Shown: in pieces, positions 11,048 to 23,620 of the stretch
Position numbering within the stretch: the stretch's first letter is position 1
Layout of the letters: the number at the start of each line of letters is the position of its first letter
Source of the DNA: Plasmodiophora brassicae
Taxonomy: Eukaryota
Reading direction: 5' to 3'
Length of the DNA: 64,000 nt
Assembly (NCBI GenBank): GCA_036867785.1
Contig: CP145417.1
Location: 930,001 to 994,000 of the forward strand
The notes under the pieces: generated by a model
The model's database searches: none
What the model was told of the DNA's origin: nothing
Seen by the model: only the letters and a program-made list of their open reading frames with translations
Translations under genes and position numbers: made by a program

Positions 11048-13551
11048 ATGGCAGCGAACGACGGCGCGCCCGAATTCCAGGTCGGCGCCCGGGTCATCGT
11101 GCACCACTCTGTCGGGGTCGTTCGGTATATCGGAGAGACGGAGTTCGCCGACGGCGAGTGGATCGGCGTCGAGCTCGATTATCCAGGTGAGGGACCGCTG
11201 CCAGCGCGTGCGTAAACGATCGCGTAACGGTCAGCAGTCGGCAATAACGACGGCATGATGATGGAGCAGCGGTATTTCCGATGTCGCGACAAACACGGCG
11301 TGTTCGTTCGTCGTCGCCAGGTGGGACGCCATGCCTTGCCTGCGATGTTGCCGTACCTGAGTACTCGAACAGGTTCGATCTGTTGTTGACGCGGGAAACA
11401 AGGGCGACCAGTTTGGACCGGAATATACCGTTCCAGACGTGCAGGACTGTAGCGGAATCTTCACCGAAGCAGAAATTGATCGCTTGGCGCGTAGGTGCTG
11501 ATACATCTGTGTGTCATGCGCTTCGCATTTGACGATTGACGGTGTAGCCCACATTGGACCTCAGCCTGACCAACGATTATGGCTGTTTGGAGAGAACCAT
11601 CTCGGCCAGCTCGGCCTGGGTCATCAGGTCGGTTGCTTCTGCACAACATGTTCGATTCTGGCGTTGTGCTAATCGTATTTCGAACGTGCAGCGGGAAAAT
11701 GCTCTCGTGCCTGCCCTGGTTGACGTGTTCAACAAGTACGAGGAGTCTCAGGTGCGGCTGCTGCTACAGCTGGCTCTAGGCGAGAACCAGTCGCTGGCGT
11801 TGATCTGCACCGAACCTGGCAAGTCCCGGGTCCTGATATGCGGAAGTTGCTCAATGGGAACGACCATCCCCGATCAGGAACGGGATCAACTCCTTTTCAA
11901 GGACGTGAGGCGCCTTCTCGACCCTGTTCGTGTTGCCATTGCGGTCGCAGTCAGTCCGACCATGGGCGCCGTTGCATATCACGACGGAAAAGTTCTTGCA
12001 TGGGGCCATTCGTTCGGCGAAAAGCAATTCGACATGTTCCACACAGAAATTGTGGACCTGCAATGTACCCGTGATGCCGTTGTTGCCTGCAACTCTACTG
12101 GCCTCGTCCGTGCCGCTTTCGTTGACAAGTCGTCCACTATAATCGATGTCCAATTCGACGATCAGACTCGCATTACCAGCATTGCCTGTGGTCTCCATGC
12201 TGGTCTAGCTCTGTCCGATCAAGGGGTTGTCTGGCAATGGGACATGCGCGAAGGCCGTCGAGCGTCGGTTACCCACATTGCTGCTCAACATGTTGTTTTC
12301 GTAGACGAGTGCGTTGTCGTTCAGCAAGTCGCAAGCGGGGACAGGCACTTCCTGGCGTTGGACTCGGAAGGTGTCATCTATTCATGGGGATGCGGGCAAG
12401 ATGGGGCCCTTGGCAACGGGTCGTTGCAGGACCAGAATGTGCCCACCGTCGTATCCAGCCTTGCAGAGCGCGTCGTCGAAATAGGTTGCGGTTCAAGGCA
12501 CTCGATCTGCCTTACTGATCAACAACGGGTTCTTACGTGGGGCAACGGTCACCAGGGGCAATTGTAATGCTTACAAGTCGCCCCTCTGTGTGTGTTTCCA
12601 TTGAATTGGTGATTGGTCAGAGGACATGGCGACCTTTCGAATTTCACGCTTCCACATTCAGTGATTTCTCTGGAAGGGAAAGGGATTCGACAAGTCGGTG
12701 CTGGCGCTGGACAGTCGCTTGCTTGCACGTCCAAATTCGTCGGTGAGCCTTACGAATGCGTTGTCGAAACCAACACACACTTCTGAGTGTACCTTTCAGC
12801 TCCAAGCGACGTTCTGCCGGCGATCGCGGCCGTCGCTGCCCCAACTGGTCTCAACCGGCCAACGTCGTCTGCGAGACCAGTGGGCGCATCCTTGAACATG
12901 TTTGACGGCACCATGGGCCAAGAAGCACTCTCGGATCTGCTGCATCACGCCCGTTCCAGTGAGTTGCGAACATACGAGTGGAACGGCAAGACCATCGGTG
13001 TGCATCAGCCGTGCGATGTGTATGTCGACGTTGTTTGAGAATGGGTGGCATTTCTTAGATCTTGATTCGATCCAATCCGAAAAGGTCCAACTGGTTCATC
13101 GATGCGTCCAGTTTCAGGTCGGCGAATTCGCTCTGCTTGCCCCGTGGTCCAGTAACTGATCTCGAGCAACCCATTGCAGGTCGACGAAGACATGCAGTAT
13201 CGCGGCGCGCTGAACCAGTATTTCCGCCGGTGCTACGAAAGCGATTCGTACGTATTCAAGAACCTGGTGACGTCCATCTCTGTCGATGAAAATTCTCCAA
13301 CCGGTATGCCAATCATCGCCCTGTACGACGCGGCTTGCGCCGACAGCCCTATGTTTGCAGGCAGGAGAGTCGTCAACGGTACCTTACTGCTGATCTGTCG
13401 TCCACGTTCAGCAGATGCCACTGCCGTCGCCGTCGCTATCCCCGAATGGATTACGTTATTTATCGATGCGTTCTACCCGATCGACGTCCAGCCAAGGTTC
13501 GTTGAGTTGACGCCGTCCAGTGAACCCAGTAAACACACATCGGGCTCCTAA
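11048..13551 (+). CDS. CAP-Gly domain + RCC1-repeat protein, multi-exon (3' extent uncertain)
   Basis: GVVRYIGETEFADGEWIGVELD / GNNDG...YFRC..KHGVFV is a CAP-Gly domain. IACGLHAGLAL, VASGDRHFLAL...YSWGCGQDGALG and IGCGSRHSICL...TWGNGHQGQL are RCC1 repeats. Confidence 0.75.
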
Positions 13552-13606
13552 ATTCTGGGGTGTGGCGTAAAATTGTGCGAACGGCACATTCGTTTGTGGT
13601 GAGGCG

Positions 13607-14494
13607 ATGCCGTCTGCCAGCGGGATGCGGAAAGGCTTCGGCCTAGATCGCGGCAACAAGATTGGTCCATTTGAGATCGTGTCCAGCTCAGTCGACCACA
13701 AGGTGATGGGCAATGCGCAGCACTTGGCCCAGCGCCCGGGTCACTGACATCCCTGCGTCCAGGCTAAGCAGCCGTACCAGCTCTACGAGTACCCGACGCA
13801 GGTCGTCGTCGATACCACGGACCCGAAGGCTGTGCTTCGTGCATGGAACAAGCAAATCGGGAGCGAATCCAAGGTTGTGTATTCCGCGTACGGTAGCCCG
13901 TACGAGTGCTGGTTCCAGAAGCCTGCTTCGGTCGAGCGAGGCGAAGACGGCGTCAACGTATCGTGCTGCGGAATGGCGAAACGCCGGCGAGACTTGCCCA
14001 CTCTCAAGCAGCAGGCTCGACAGGATGAGGACGACCGGGAGACGTCCGAAGCGGATCTGGGTGAGGGTTATCGCATCATTGAATCGCACTTGGCATCGGG
14101 GACTTGTGTCATGTGCAAGGAGAAGATCCGGCCAGGCGAGAAGATTGCCAGGCCCGAGCACAACCAGCGTGGCGGCTGGAGCCATGTGCACTGCATCGTT
14201 GCGAACCAAGAAGGCCGCCCGAATAAGCCCAGGACGCGCATGACGAGGAAGAGCCGAGAGGGACTTCCAGAAGGCGATCCCCAAGAAAGTCGCCCCGAGA
14301 CGGACGAAGACGACCATCCAGGGGATAATAACCGCCAGGTTCACGTGAAACCCAAGGGCAGAGGCCGTGCCGGGAAGAAGACCGACGAGAAGAAGGTCGA
14401 AAAGGGTCATCCAGAGGACGAGGCCCCACAGCACCGTCCAGCGACCAGGAGCCAAGTTGGCCACCTGAAGACCAAGCGCGTTCGTGCTGCCTGA
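13607..14494 (+). CDS. hypothetical protein with CxxC...HxxC (PARP-type-like) zinc finger and charged tail, 2 exons
   Basis: Exon 13607-13702, phase-0 intron 13703-13762, exon 13763-14494 in frame. Motif CVMCKEKIRPGEKI...WSHVHC. Confidence 0.65.
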
Positions 14495-14593
14495 ATTATT
14501 CATGCTGTTTATTCAACATTGCATTTCGTTTTACCCGTTCTGGAGATGTGTGCATTGGAATACGTATAACGCAGTCATACGTATTGGTCGGTT

Positions 14594-15871
14594 CTAGTCC
14601 AATTCAAAGTCATTCTGCACATCCTTGGCAGCCCGCGTAACCCAGAAGGATGCCAGGTAGGCAATTAGCATGCCGAGTGACAGGAGAAGGAAGGGAGCGT
14701 ACACAGCATGGCTTGCTGCCGACAGGTCGTACAGTGATCCGACGGTGAACGCGCCGATACATCGCGCGATAGCGGCAAGCGACTGGGCCAGGCCATTAAC
14801 AGACGACCGGCACGCTGGGGAGGTTGCCTCATTGATGAGAACGGCAGAGGCCGTTAACGCAACTGAAATCGCAACGATTTTCAGCGACATCTGAACCGCC
14901 ATGAACATGAACGGCAGCGGCAACCAGGACGGGACAATGGCGAGCGGGTAGATAACGACAAGAGACGAGGCACCATAGCGAAAAGCTGACACCGAGCCAA
15001 GACGGGAGATTGCGAACGGGCATACGAACCTTTGTGCGACGATGTAGACCGCTCCCTGGATAGCGAACAGCTGTCCGATGGCTTGCCTGCCGAGTCCAAG
15101 CCCCCCACGAGACGGTGCCTCATTGATGATCAGGGTGGTCAGGACCTCGATACCCAGTAGGAGAATGGCAAGGAACGCATAGAGTCCGACGCTAGCCGCG
15201 ATTCGCCGGTCTTGCACGATCTGGGCCCAGCTGGAAGCCTGGGCATCGCTGGTGACTGCATCACTGGACGGGCGCGTCTCAGGAAGGAACACAAAGCACA
15301 CGATCAAGACGATGAACGTGATCGCGGACGCGATCGCACAGGGGGCCAGCGCGTACAGGTCGCCGTTATCCGCGAACAGACTGACGCCAAACGGTGCGAT
15401 CGTCAACGATAACGCGAAGTACATGTACATCTCGCTGAAGCGCTTCGACTGGGTTTCGGCGTTGCAAACATCACCGAGGACGGCTTTCGACATGAACATG
15501 GAGGCGTCTGTCAGCCCGCTGAGCAACCTGGCTGCCAGGAGCAGCCAGTACGACTTAGCGCTAACAGCGAACACCGCCATTGCAAGCGCTGCCCCGAATA
15601 GCGACGTCAGCATGACAGGGCGTCTTCCACTACGGTCGGCAACATGGCCCCATATCGGGTTCGCGAACGCATTCGCCATATAGGATGCGGCTACGAGGGC
15701 GGACGCGTACCTGCCCTTGTGGGCCAGCATGTACGCGCTGCCGTACGTCTGCGCCAGGCACTGCTCGACGAGCGGCGCGACCAGCGACATGATCAGGACG
15801 AACTGGAACCCGACCGTGAACATGACGGCGTTCACCAGCCAGTGCACTCGGCCAGCACCGACAGGCGCCAT
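14594..15871 (-). CDS. MFS transporter (DHA1/ZIFL-like)
   Basis: WGHVADRSGRRPV motif A, LLLAARLLSG, about 12 hydrophobic segments, intronless. Confidence 0.9.
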   Translation of the reverse strand: MAPVGAGRVHWLVNAVMFTVGFQFVLIMSLVAPLVEQCLAQTYGSAYMLAHKGRYASALVAASYMANAFANPIWGHVADRSGRRPVMLTSLFGAALAMAVFAVSAKSYWLLLAARLLSGLTDASMFMSKAVLGDVCNAETQSKRFSEMYMYFALSLTIAPFGVSLFADNGDLYALAPCAIASAITFIVLIVCFVFLPETRPSSDAVTSDAQASSWAQIVQDRRIAASVGLYAFLAILLLGIEVLTTLIINEAPSRGGLGLGRQAIGQLFAIQGAVYIVAQRFVCPFAISRLGSVSAFRYGASSLVVIYPLAIVPSWLPLPFMFMAVQMSLKIVAISVALTASAVLINEATSPACRSSVNGLAQSLAAIARCIGAFTVGSLYDLSAASHAVYAPFLLLSLGMLIAYLASFWVTRAAKDVQNDFELD

Positions 15872-16005
15872 CGTGTCTGCTGCGCAATTAAGGGCGCGTC
15901 TTCCCAGTCAGGCCGGCACCGTGCAGCTGCAGCTGCGGGACACCGGTACGCCGCGGGGCGCAATTTGGAACCACGCCCTGCGCACGTCCGCCGGTCGCCG
16001 TCAAG

Positions 16006-16379
16006 ATGAAGCGGCACGATACGCGCGGGTTCGACTCCGATACGGTCAAACACATCAACGAGACGATGCACGAGACGTTCCTGAGGATGCATCCGGACCT
16101 GTCGCTGGACAACCTGCTCAAGCTGTAGGCGACGGAGTATCGTTACCGGCCGGGATCGCGACTGACGCCGTCGGTAGGAAGCGCAGTGTGGCGCAGGCGC
16201 AGGCCAATGAGTGCCGCGAAGCGTTCGACTCGTTCAAGCACTGCACGAAAGCGGACTCGACGCTATCGGAGTGCGGCCCCGTGTTCGATGCCATGTGGCA
16301 TTGCGTCGCCAAGCACCTCCCGCAATACCATGATGCTGTCTCGTCTTCTACGTCAGAACGCGCTCCTCAGAAGTCATGA
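16006..16379 (+). CDS. twin CX9C (CHCH/GCK-like) mitochondrial intermembrane-space protein, 2 exons
   Basis: C-REAFDSFKH-C and C-GPVFDAMWH-C followed by VAKHLPQY. Intron gtaggc...cggtag. Confidence 0.7.
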
Positions 16380-16521
16380 ACATGTGGTCGGCCTGTTCGG
16401 CTGCCCGTCTCGTGTTACATTAACTACGTACGACGATTTTATTGTAAACTTTGGCAACGTGGCCCCCAGCCCAGTGGGAGCTGCACCCTGCCGGAAAACC
16501 ATTCTGCAAAGTCGTGCGGGG

Positions 16522-18379
16522 AATGAGGGTCGTGGGTGGCGATGGGGCGACCATCGGCAGGCGTCGTCGCCGACGACGCGTCGAGCAAGCGTCGGGGAGA
16601 GCGCGTTCCGTACCGGCTACCGATGACGAGATCGACCTGTTCTCTGAGTGGCCTGCCGAACCGAACCCCAGCGAGGATTCTGAAACGACGGCGATGGCCG
16701 GGCAAGTCTTGGTAATGCAGATGGTGATGTCATGCTCGCATGTCAACTGAACGGGTACCCTGTGGAAGCTGTCGATCCTGCAGAATCGGTGAGCAACCGT
16801 TTGCGATCTCTGGATTTGGCGTTGACACGGGGGAACAGGAAGTTGATGCCGCATGGCCGGGTCATACAGGATCATTTAGTGGCAAACGCGGCTCCTGTCC
16901 GAGAGAATCCCCAATTCCTTGTCGAATGGCTCAGCTCCAATAAGTTCAGTGCGGGCGTTGAGGTTCGTCCCGGCACGTGGAAGGTTGCACTCTCGTTCCA
17001 ACGGCCGTTCGTAGCTGACCCTGTCAGTATTCTATTGTCCTTCGGTACGAGCGGCCAAGCCGTCCATGGTTCCTATGGAATCGTATTCATGTCTGCCGTC
17101 GGTGGTATCTGGTTCATAAGCCGGTTGTTCTAATTGCCGGCGTGTAGTTATCTTCAAGAAGGATGTGCCCTGCAGTACCGATAATGATACTTCAAGTTCG
17201 TTGCAGGCCCTCCGGGACTTGCTTAGTGAACTGTCTTTGAATCGCCAGACAGACATTGCTGTGTTGCTATCACTGTTCGATCTTGCATGAAGTAAGGCAG
17301 ACTTGGCAGTTAATCGTCCCATGCAGGAACTCGATGTCGAGAATATCGTGGCTGTGTCCAGCCGGCACTAGTGCAACCTACCGCATGAACAGAGTACTCT
17401 GCGAGCCTGAGCTTGATCATATTCCGGTACCAGGTGCCCTGAAGTTCTCCATCAAACTGGCGCAGTCGGTTCGCGATGTTCTCAAGATCAGGTTACGCGT
17501 ATCTCCAACGCTGTTTTCGAAGAGAGAACCCGTAACTAATCCATTTTCAACGTTAGAATGCGCCTGAATAGTTCCTTATTCTCTAGGCCAAAGTGTTCCC
17601 CCTAAACATCAACTCCCTTTCGGCCTACAGCTGCAGTGACCTGAGGGCAAGCAACGATGTAGATGCCGCCGATCCAGCGGTCGATCATTCAGTCATCTTC
17701 TGTCCTGAACCACCCGACGACGTCTCTGACGCAAGCAATTTCAAGGATGATGACGATACGACTCTGACGATTCCCGGCGCGCGCAATCTGTGCCAAGAGG
17801 CAAGGGCCGCCTCGCTGAAGGCGAACAGTGAACGCGATCAGAGTCCCAGTCCTTCTGAAAAGGTTCGTAAAGCCATCATCACGCCGCATTCAAACGCATG
17901 CCCTGTTTACTAAGGCTGCTGGAGGACTCGTGTTCTGCTTCAGAGTGGCTTCCTGCAACTTCCTCAAAGCCCCGAGCTCGGTCGTCGGCCTCACGACAAG
18001 GTCGTCGCCCTGACGATTCCGGTCAGACGGTTCACATGTACAAAGGATCATCATGCCTGATGTGGGCTGAAGACTTTGAGGATTCCCAAAGACCGAGTCT
18101 GTCGATGCGTCGACAGCAGAGACTGTACAACCGCGTGAGGAAGGCGCTCCTTGACACACCGCAAGGGTGCACCGTCGGTGGCCTGACCAGTCGTTTCACC
18201 GGTGTTTCACGCAAGGCACTTGCAGGCGAGGCAATCTGAAATGTGCAGGTCGCCTCGTTGTGACATATCTACCAGGTGCGGTCGCGAAACTGATCGAGAA
18301 GGGCATGGTCCATAAGCTCGGGGCCGGACGTTTACAGCATCGCCAGTACAAGCGCCACAAACCACCAGGCTTGCCCTGA
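16522..18379 (+). CDS. hypothetical multi-exon protein with possible C-terminal winged helix
   Basis: Chain of short ORFs with GT-AG gaps. C-terminus LYNRVRKALL...TVGGLTSRF..VSRKALA/AVAKLIEKGMVHKLG. Confidence 0.4.
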
Positions 18380-18438
18380 CGACGTCATGCAAAGCGTTCG
18401 TTCGCTACTAAATGACCCAGGCGGGTCGCCCAATTCAT

Positions 18439-19134
18439 TTACCGCGAGTCGTAGATGAACTTGATAACGGCGATCGTCAGCAGCAGGAGAATCAGGCACG
18501 CGCAGACCAGCATCAAAATGAAGATGCGCCTGCGCCCTTCCTGCCTCTCCTCCGATTCGTCAGGAGCAACGGTCGCCGATTCCGCCTTTGTCGACGACGC
18601 TGGCGTGGGCGATGCGGACGACGGTGCCTTGTCTACCGCCATGCTGAGCGGTTTTGAATTTGATGGTGTCGTTTGGACCGGGTCCCTGGTATCCTCCGCC
18701 AGCAGCGTATCAAGGTCCGACGACGGGTTGTTCGGCTTCGGATCGTTCGTCTGCCGCGATGTCGTTCGGCCTGTGCGACCCGTCGGCCTCTGCCCCGGGC
18801 CCTGGAGACCGGCCGCAGGACCCCGACGTGGCCCAAGGTTGCCTGCATCCGGATCCACCGTTTGAAGACGAGTCTGGGGCGGCCCAAGGTTCCCAGCGTC
18901 CGGATCCAGCATTCGAAGTCGTGCCGCCGGGTCCTGAGGCCCATCGGTAGGGCCCAGCATTTGGAGAGGATTGGAAGGAGGTAGCGCAACGGGCGGGACA
19001 TCGTCCGGCGACGGCGACCTGCTGAGCATCGGGGGCGTATTCGACCTGAACTGCGCCAGGACGTCGACGGGTGGCTGCGATGTCCCCAACGCCGCCAGCA
19101 TCGCGACGGCGACGAGCAGGACCTGCTTGGACAT
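18439..19134 (-). CDS. type I membrane/surface protein, Pro/Ser/Thr-rich
   Basis: Signal peptide MSKQVLLVAVAMLAALGTS, duplicated DPDAGNLGP, C-terminal TM IFILMLVCACLILLLLTIAVI. Confidence 0.75.
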   Translation of the reverse strand: MSKQVLLVAVAMLAALGTSQPPVDVLAQFRSNTPPMLSRSPSPDDVPPVALPPSNPLQMLGPTDGPQDPAARLRMLDPDAGNLGPPQTRLQTVDPDAGNLGPRRGPAAGLQGPGQRPTGRTGRTTSRQTNDPKPNNPSSDLDTLLAEDTRDPVQTTPSNSKPLSMAVDKAPSSASPTPASSTKAESATVAPDESEERQEGRRRIFILMLVCACLILLLLTIAVIKFIYDSR

Positions 19135-19317
19135 GGTTGCACGCTTGGCGGTATGGCCCCGGATCCGAACGGCAACCCATGCCGGATGGTGACTCAATGG
19201 CGCGCCGGACGCATCCGGTTGCCCGGCCCAGGTCCATGCATATCATCGGCTACTTGCTGCTCGTCGCGTGTGCGACCGGCGGGCGGCGGCGCGGCTGGAA
19301 ATAACTATTGGCGCGCG

Positions 19318-20037
19318 ATGAAGCGCGCGCTGGAGGGGCCGGGGCCGGGCGAGGAGGACGCCGACCTGACCGTCCTGGGCGGCGAGGGGGACGAGGACGA
19401 GGAGACCGACTTCCTGCACCTGAGATGGAACTGTGATCAGATCCGCCGGAAGATCAACGAAGAGCTGGCCAAGGACTCGATCACGCAGACGGCGTTCCTG
19501 GCGGCGCTCGGCTGCAATTCGAATTCGCTGCGGCGGTTCATGGGGTACAAGGGCAGGTACAAAGGGTGCGGGAACGGCGTGTACGTCGCCGCGCACCGGT
19601 ACTTTGCCGATCAGGAACAAGGCGAACCGGCGCCGAAGAAGCGGAAGGCGCCGAAGCAGGAGACGGACGAGTTCCTCGCCAAGGTCAACGCGGTCGACCT
19701 CGACGAATCCAGTCCGATCTACGACGACTGCGACGCGGTTCGCGCCAAGATCTTCAAGTTCCTCGAGACGGGCCTGCTGACGAAGACGGCGCTCTGCAGG
19801 CACCTCGGCGTCAACAGCAACTCGATGGGGCCGTTCCTCAGCCTGAAGGGGCGCTGCCGAGGGTCAGGCAATTGCACGTACCCGAAGGCGTACCGGTTCT
19901 TCGAGCGCAAGCGCATCGCGTTCGACGAGCCGAAATCGGCGAGCCGCCTCAGGAACGAGCAGACGTTGCCCGAGGGGTTCCCGTACGGGCATCGCGAGTC
20001 GTCATGGATCATCGTGCCCAAATCGATGAAGCACTGA
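19318..20037 (+). CDS. protein with two tandem HTH-like domains of unknown function
   Basis: Internal repeat CDQIRRKI...LGCNSNSL..FM..KG..KG.GN..Y..A.RYF versus CDAVRAKI...LGVNSNSM..FL..KG..RG.GN..Y..A.RFF. PKKRK NLS-like linker. Confidence 0.8.
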   Translation: MKRALEGPGPGEEDADLTVLGGEGDEDEETDFLHLRWNCDQIRRKINEELAKDSITQTAFLAALGCNSNSLRRFMGYKGRYKGCGNGVYVAAHRYFADQEQGEPAPKKRKAPKQETDEFLAKVNAVDLDESSPIYDDCDAVRAKIFKFLETGLLTKTALCRHLGVNSNSMGPFLSLKGRCRGSGNCTYPKAYRFFERKRIAFDEPKSASRLRNEQTLPEGFPYGHRESSWIIVPKSMKH

Positions 20038-20053
20038 GCCGGCGTGTATTTCG

Positions 20054-20590
20054 TTACCACGCGGGGGGTCGCACAGGTCGTTCCTGTCCGGTGAGGATCC
20101 TGTAGGCCTCGGTGATCTGCTGCGACGTCTTCGTCGCGTTCGGCATGTCGTCCGGGTTCTTGTCCGGGTGGTGGATCAGCATCAGCTTCCGGTACTGGCT
20201 CTTGATCTGCTGCTGGCTTGCACGTGGGCCGACCTGCATGACGGTCCGCGCGTTGCTGATGGCGTCGGCGTCGACGTCAGCGTTAGCAGCGCGGGCCGCC
20301 AGCACGGCCGCCGGGATCAGAACGGCATAAATGACAGCGAACGCGATCATGTAGATGCGGCCGCAGCGGGCGAACTTGACGACGAAGGCGGACGTCTTCG
20401 TCGAGTACCGGTGCCGCCGCTGGTCGTCCCCGGGGAACGCCCAGATCAGCACGGCACAGGTTAGGGCCACCTGCCACGCCAGAACGGAGAACAGGATCGC
20501 GGTCATCCATTCGAGCCATGACGCGTCCGGCAGCACCCGTTCGCCATCCACTGGGACGGACACCACCACGACCTCGCTGGGATTGCTCAT
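20054..20590 (-). CDS. membrane protein with C-terminal DnaJ (J) domain
   Basis: Two TM segments, then IKSQYRKLMLIHHPDKN...ITEAYRIL. Confidence 0.85.
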   Translation of the reverse strand: MSNPSEVVVVSVPVDGERVLPDASWLEWMTAILFSVLAWQVALTCAVLIWAFPGDDQRRHRYSTKTSAFVVKFARCGRIYMIAFAVIYAVLIPAAVLAARAANADVDADAISNARTVMQVGPRASQQQIKSQYRKLMLIHHPDKNPDDMPNATKTSQQITEAYRILTGQERPVRPPAW

Positions 20591-20950
20591 AGCTAACACG
20601 ATTTAGGTATGAGGCGGTGTCGCCGTCGGAAGGACGCCCCGGCAACGTCGTACCGGTCACCTGCCATCATCCCTGCGCCTGCTGTTAGCCGGATCATGCG
20701 GTTTACGCCACGGTGGTGAGTTGTGATGTGAACGGCACGGACCAGCTTGGAAGGCCCCAACATGAATTCCGGCCGAGATCCGACGGGACCTTGCCGATCT
20801 GGCCGATCGCCAACGACGGACAAGGGCGCGATGCCGTCCAACGTGCAACATCTGGTCTTATCGCGACGTTGCCGGGCGTGCGGCGACAGGCGTGATGTCA
20901 CGTTCCGACGGGGACGGGCGGCCACAATCCTAAACCTATCACGACGCGCG

Positions 20951-21611
20951 ATGGATGGGCGACGCCCGCAGCCTGCACTTAAGCGGCGTGCGTCGTCGTC
21001 GTCGCCGTCCGCCCTGGATCGTTCTGTGGAATCGCAGCGGTCCATTGTCGACGCGTACGAGAACATCAGGAGGGATCCGTCGTCGGTCGAATCGGTCCTG
21101 TCGGTACGGTCGGCCTATCTGGAATGGAGAGCCGTCCAGGACAAGCGCGTCGTTCTACTCGAAGGCGTCGACCGTCGCGACCGTTCACCGGTCGTCCTCC
21201 GTCAGTCGTAAACGCGTCAGCGAATTCGTGACACGCGTCGCTAACGGGCGCGCTCATCCAGGGTTGAAGCACGACGCGTTGGTGGTCGAACGAGGCCCGG
21301 GACGACGACGAAGGATCCGACTCGACGTGCTGACGACTGCAACGGGAGACGGCTGCATAGCCGTCTACGAAGAGGAATGCCTGGTTTGCCTTGTCGAGGC
21401 GCCACAGGCGCATATCGAGGCGGCGGCCAGTAAGATGGCTGACGCCCTGACGAGCGCTAGACGCTTCGCAGATCAGGCGCAGAACGCCGGCAACGCGGCC
21501 CGAACGCGGATGACGCTCAGCGAGATGGTCGTCGTCGGCCTATCCATTGCCGTTCTCACCAACGCCATCATCCAGACGTACATGCAGCACAGGTCGTGCA
21601 CGCTCTCGTAG
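20951..21611 (+). CDS. hypothetical protein with C-terminal hydrophobic anchor
   Basis: Overlapping ORFs 20747-21211 and 20955-21611, probably spliced. Ends MVVVGLSIAVLTNAIIQTY. Confidence 0.4.
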
Positions 21612-21664
21612 CACACTCCATATCCATACAGATCGTATTCGGACGGCCAACGTGGCTGCTTTAC

Positions 21665-23620
21665 CTATGCGGGTTTAAGGTCCAGCAGGGAGTGGGTCGT
21701 CACGGGTCGGACGAGCAGATAAGCAAACAATGACAGGTAGCCGCCGAAGACGACGAGGCCCATACACGACGCCAGAAGAGCGGTGAACCCGCCCATGGCC
21801 CCGACAACGGGGACAAGCTCGGCGAAGACAAGGGCGAGGTTGGCCAGTGTGACGCCGGCCCCGAGGGCGATGACAACGACCTTGACCTGCGCGACGAGTC
21901 AGAACTGGGGCAACACAACCTGCCCCGACATGCGCGGCACCGTTCTCCCGTTGGCAAATTCGCCCATCCGTTCATGGGAACTCGTGACCTTGAAGAGCGG
22001 GATCAACGAGAACGGCAGCAGTACGGACAGGGCGACTTGGGACAGAATGATGAGCCTGTCGGCTCCATGTTCGCCAGCAACCAAGGCTGCGATCAAGCTG
22101 GGCACAATGGCGACTGATCGCGTCAGCAGCGCCCGTGCCCATTTCTCAATCTTCAGGTCCAGAAACCCCTGCAGGCCAGAGTCACTACCCGCAATGCGTT
22201 CCACCAGGGGCTCAAATACCTCCATAACAAACTGGCCGGCGTACGTGCCCGTCATGGTTGAGCTCTGCCCCGACGCGAGCAATGCGATCGCGAAGATCGT
22301 CGAACCAGCTGATCTATATGCTCACGATTACTTCCACATGATGCCTGGCATGCGATTGCCGACGTAAACCCTTTGAGTATGCGTTGGAGCAGAGCCGGGG
22401 CGCTCAGCAGGCCAGCGTGAGGATTTGGGAAGAACTCGGACGCGGACACTGCGCCGAGGAACGTCAGACGTGGCCAGCGCGATACACCCGGCCAACTGAC
22501 TCGCTAGGATCGACACGTTGATGACGAGCGATATCGACAGGGCAATACAGGACTCGATGAAGTTGTAGTAGCAGGCTTCGCGTATAGCGGGTGACGTTCG
22601 TCGAACTGATCGCGTCTGCCCAGATGGGATGACGAACGGGTGTGTACGGGCGACACGGGCATCGCTTACCTGAACAAGTGCCGAATGAAGAAAGATGTTG
22701 TGAGGCATGACGACCGAACCGATCAGCGATGTCGCAGCGTACATGGCGCGCAGGTTGAACGTTGGTATCAACCCGCCAAGAATGCCACCCAGCGAGGCCG
22801 TGCTCATTAACAGTTCGCCAACAAAGCAAATGAGCACAACGCCGATCAGCGACCCGATCAACAGCTCGAGCTTTCGAACGCCGAACACGTTGACCATCAG
22901 GAATAGAACCACCGATAGCGACGTCACGATGACGCCGATCCACAGCGGCATTCCAAACAGGAACCGAAGCGCGAATGCCGTCCCAACGACTTCCGGGATA
23001 TCACTGGCCACAATGGTGACCTCGGCGATGGCCCAAAGGATGTACCTCACCCGTCCTGGGTATTCATGCGCGCAAATCTACGAAGCAGTCAGCCAGGCGG
23101 ACGCTCACGTGCAGGCAAAGGGCCACCTCCGCAAGGTTCATTCCTGTTCCAACGGGATGAGAAGAACAGGGGGAGTCGCGTTGACCCACGACAGCGTACC
23201 GGTTACGACACCTAGACGGGCGGCCAGATTCTGCAGCAACAGGCCCAGGGCGGTGGCCCCGACGAGCACGTAGACGAGCTCGTACCGGAACTGGGCGCCG
23301 GCCTGGATGTCGGTGTCGAAATTGCCCGGGTCGACGAAGCTGGTCGACACGAGAAACCCGGGGCCCATGAACACCAACAGGCGGTTCCAGCTGAACGTTG
23401 TCGGCGATGCCGCCCTGGGGCTGAAATTCCAATCCTCGGAATCAGCGAGCGACAGGCTGCGATCCACCTTGGACAGCTCGATCGAATCGGACGCGTCCAC
23501 CAGACGGACGCGGTCCAGGTACGCGTCATCATCGTCGAGGGCCGCGCTGCCGCCGCCGCCGCCGCCATCCATCCCCGACGACCGCTGCGGCTGCGATCGC
23601 GAACTGCGACTGCGCCCCAT
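21665..23620 (-). CDS. NRAMP: NRAMP divalent metal transporter, multi-exon
   Basis: [59 protein letters not shown]. Confidence 0.95.

Noticed and set aside
16006-16379. Calling the twin-CX9C protein Mia40
   Set aside because: No CPC redox motif upstream of the CX9C pair.
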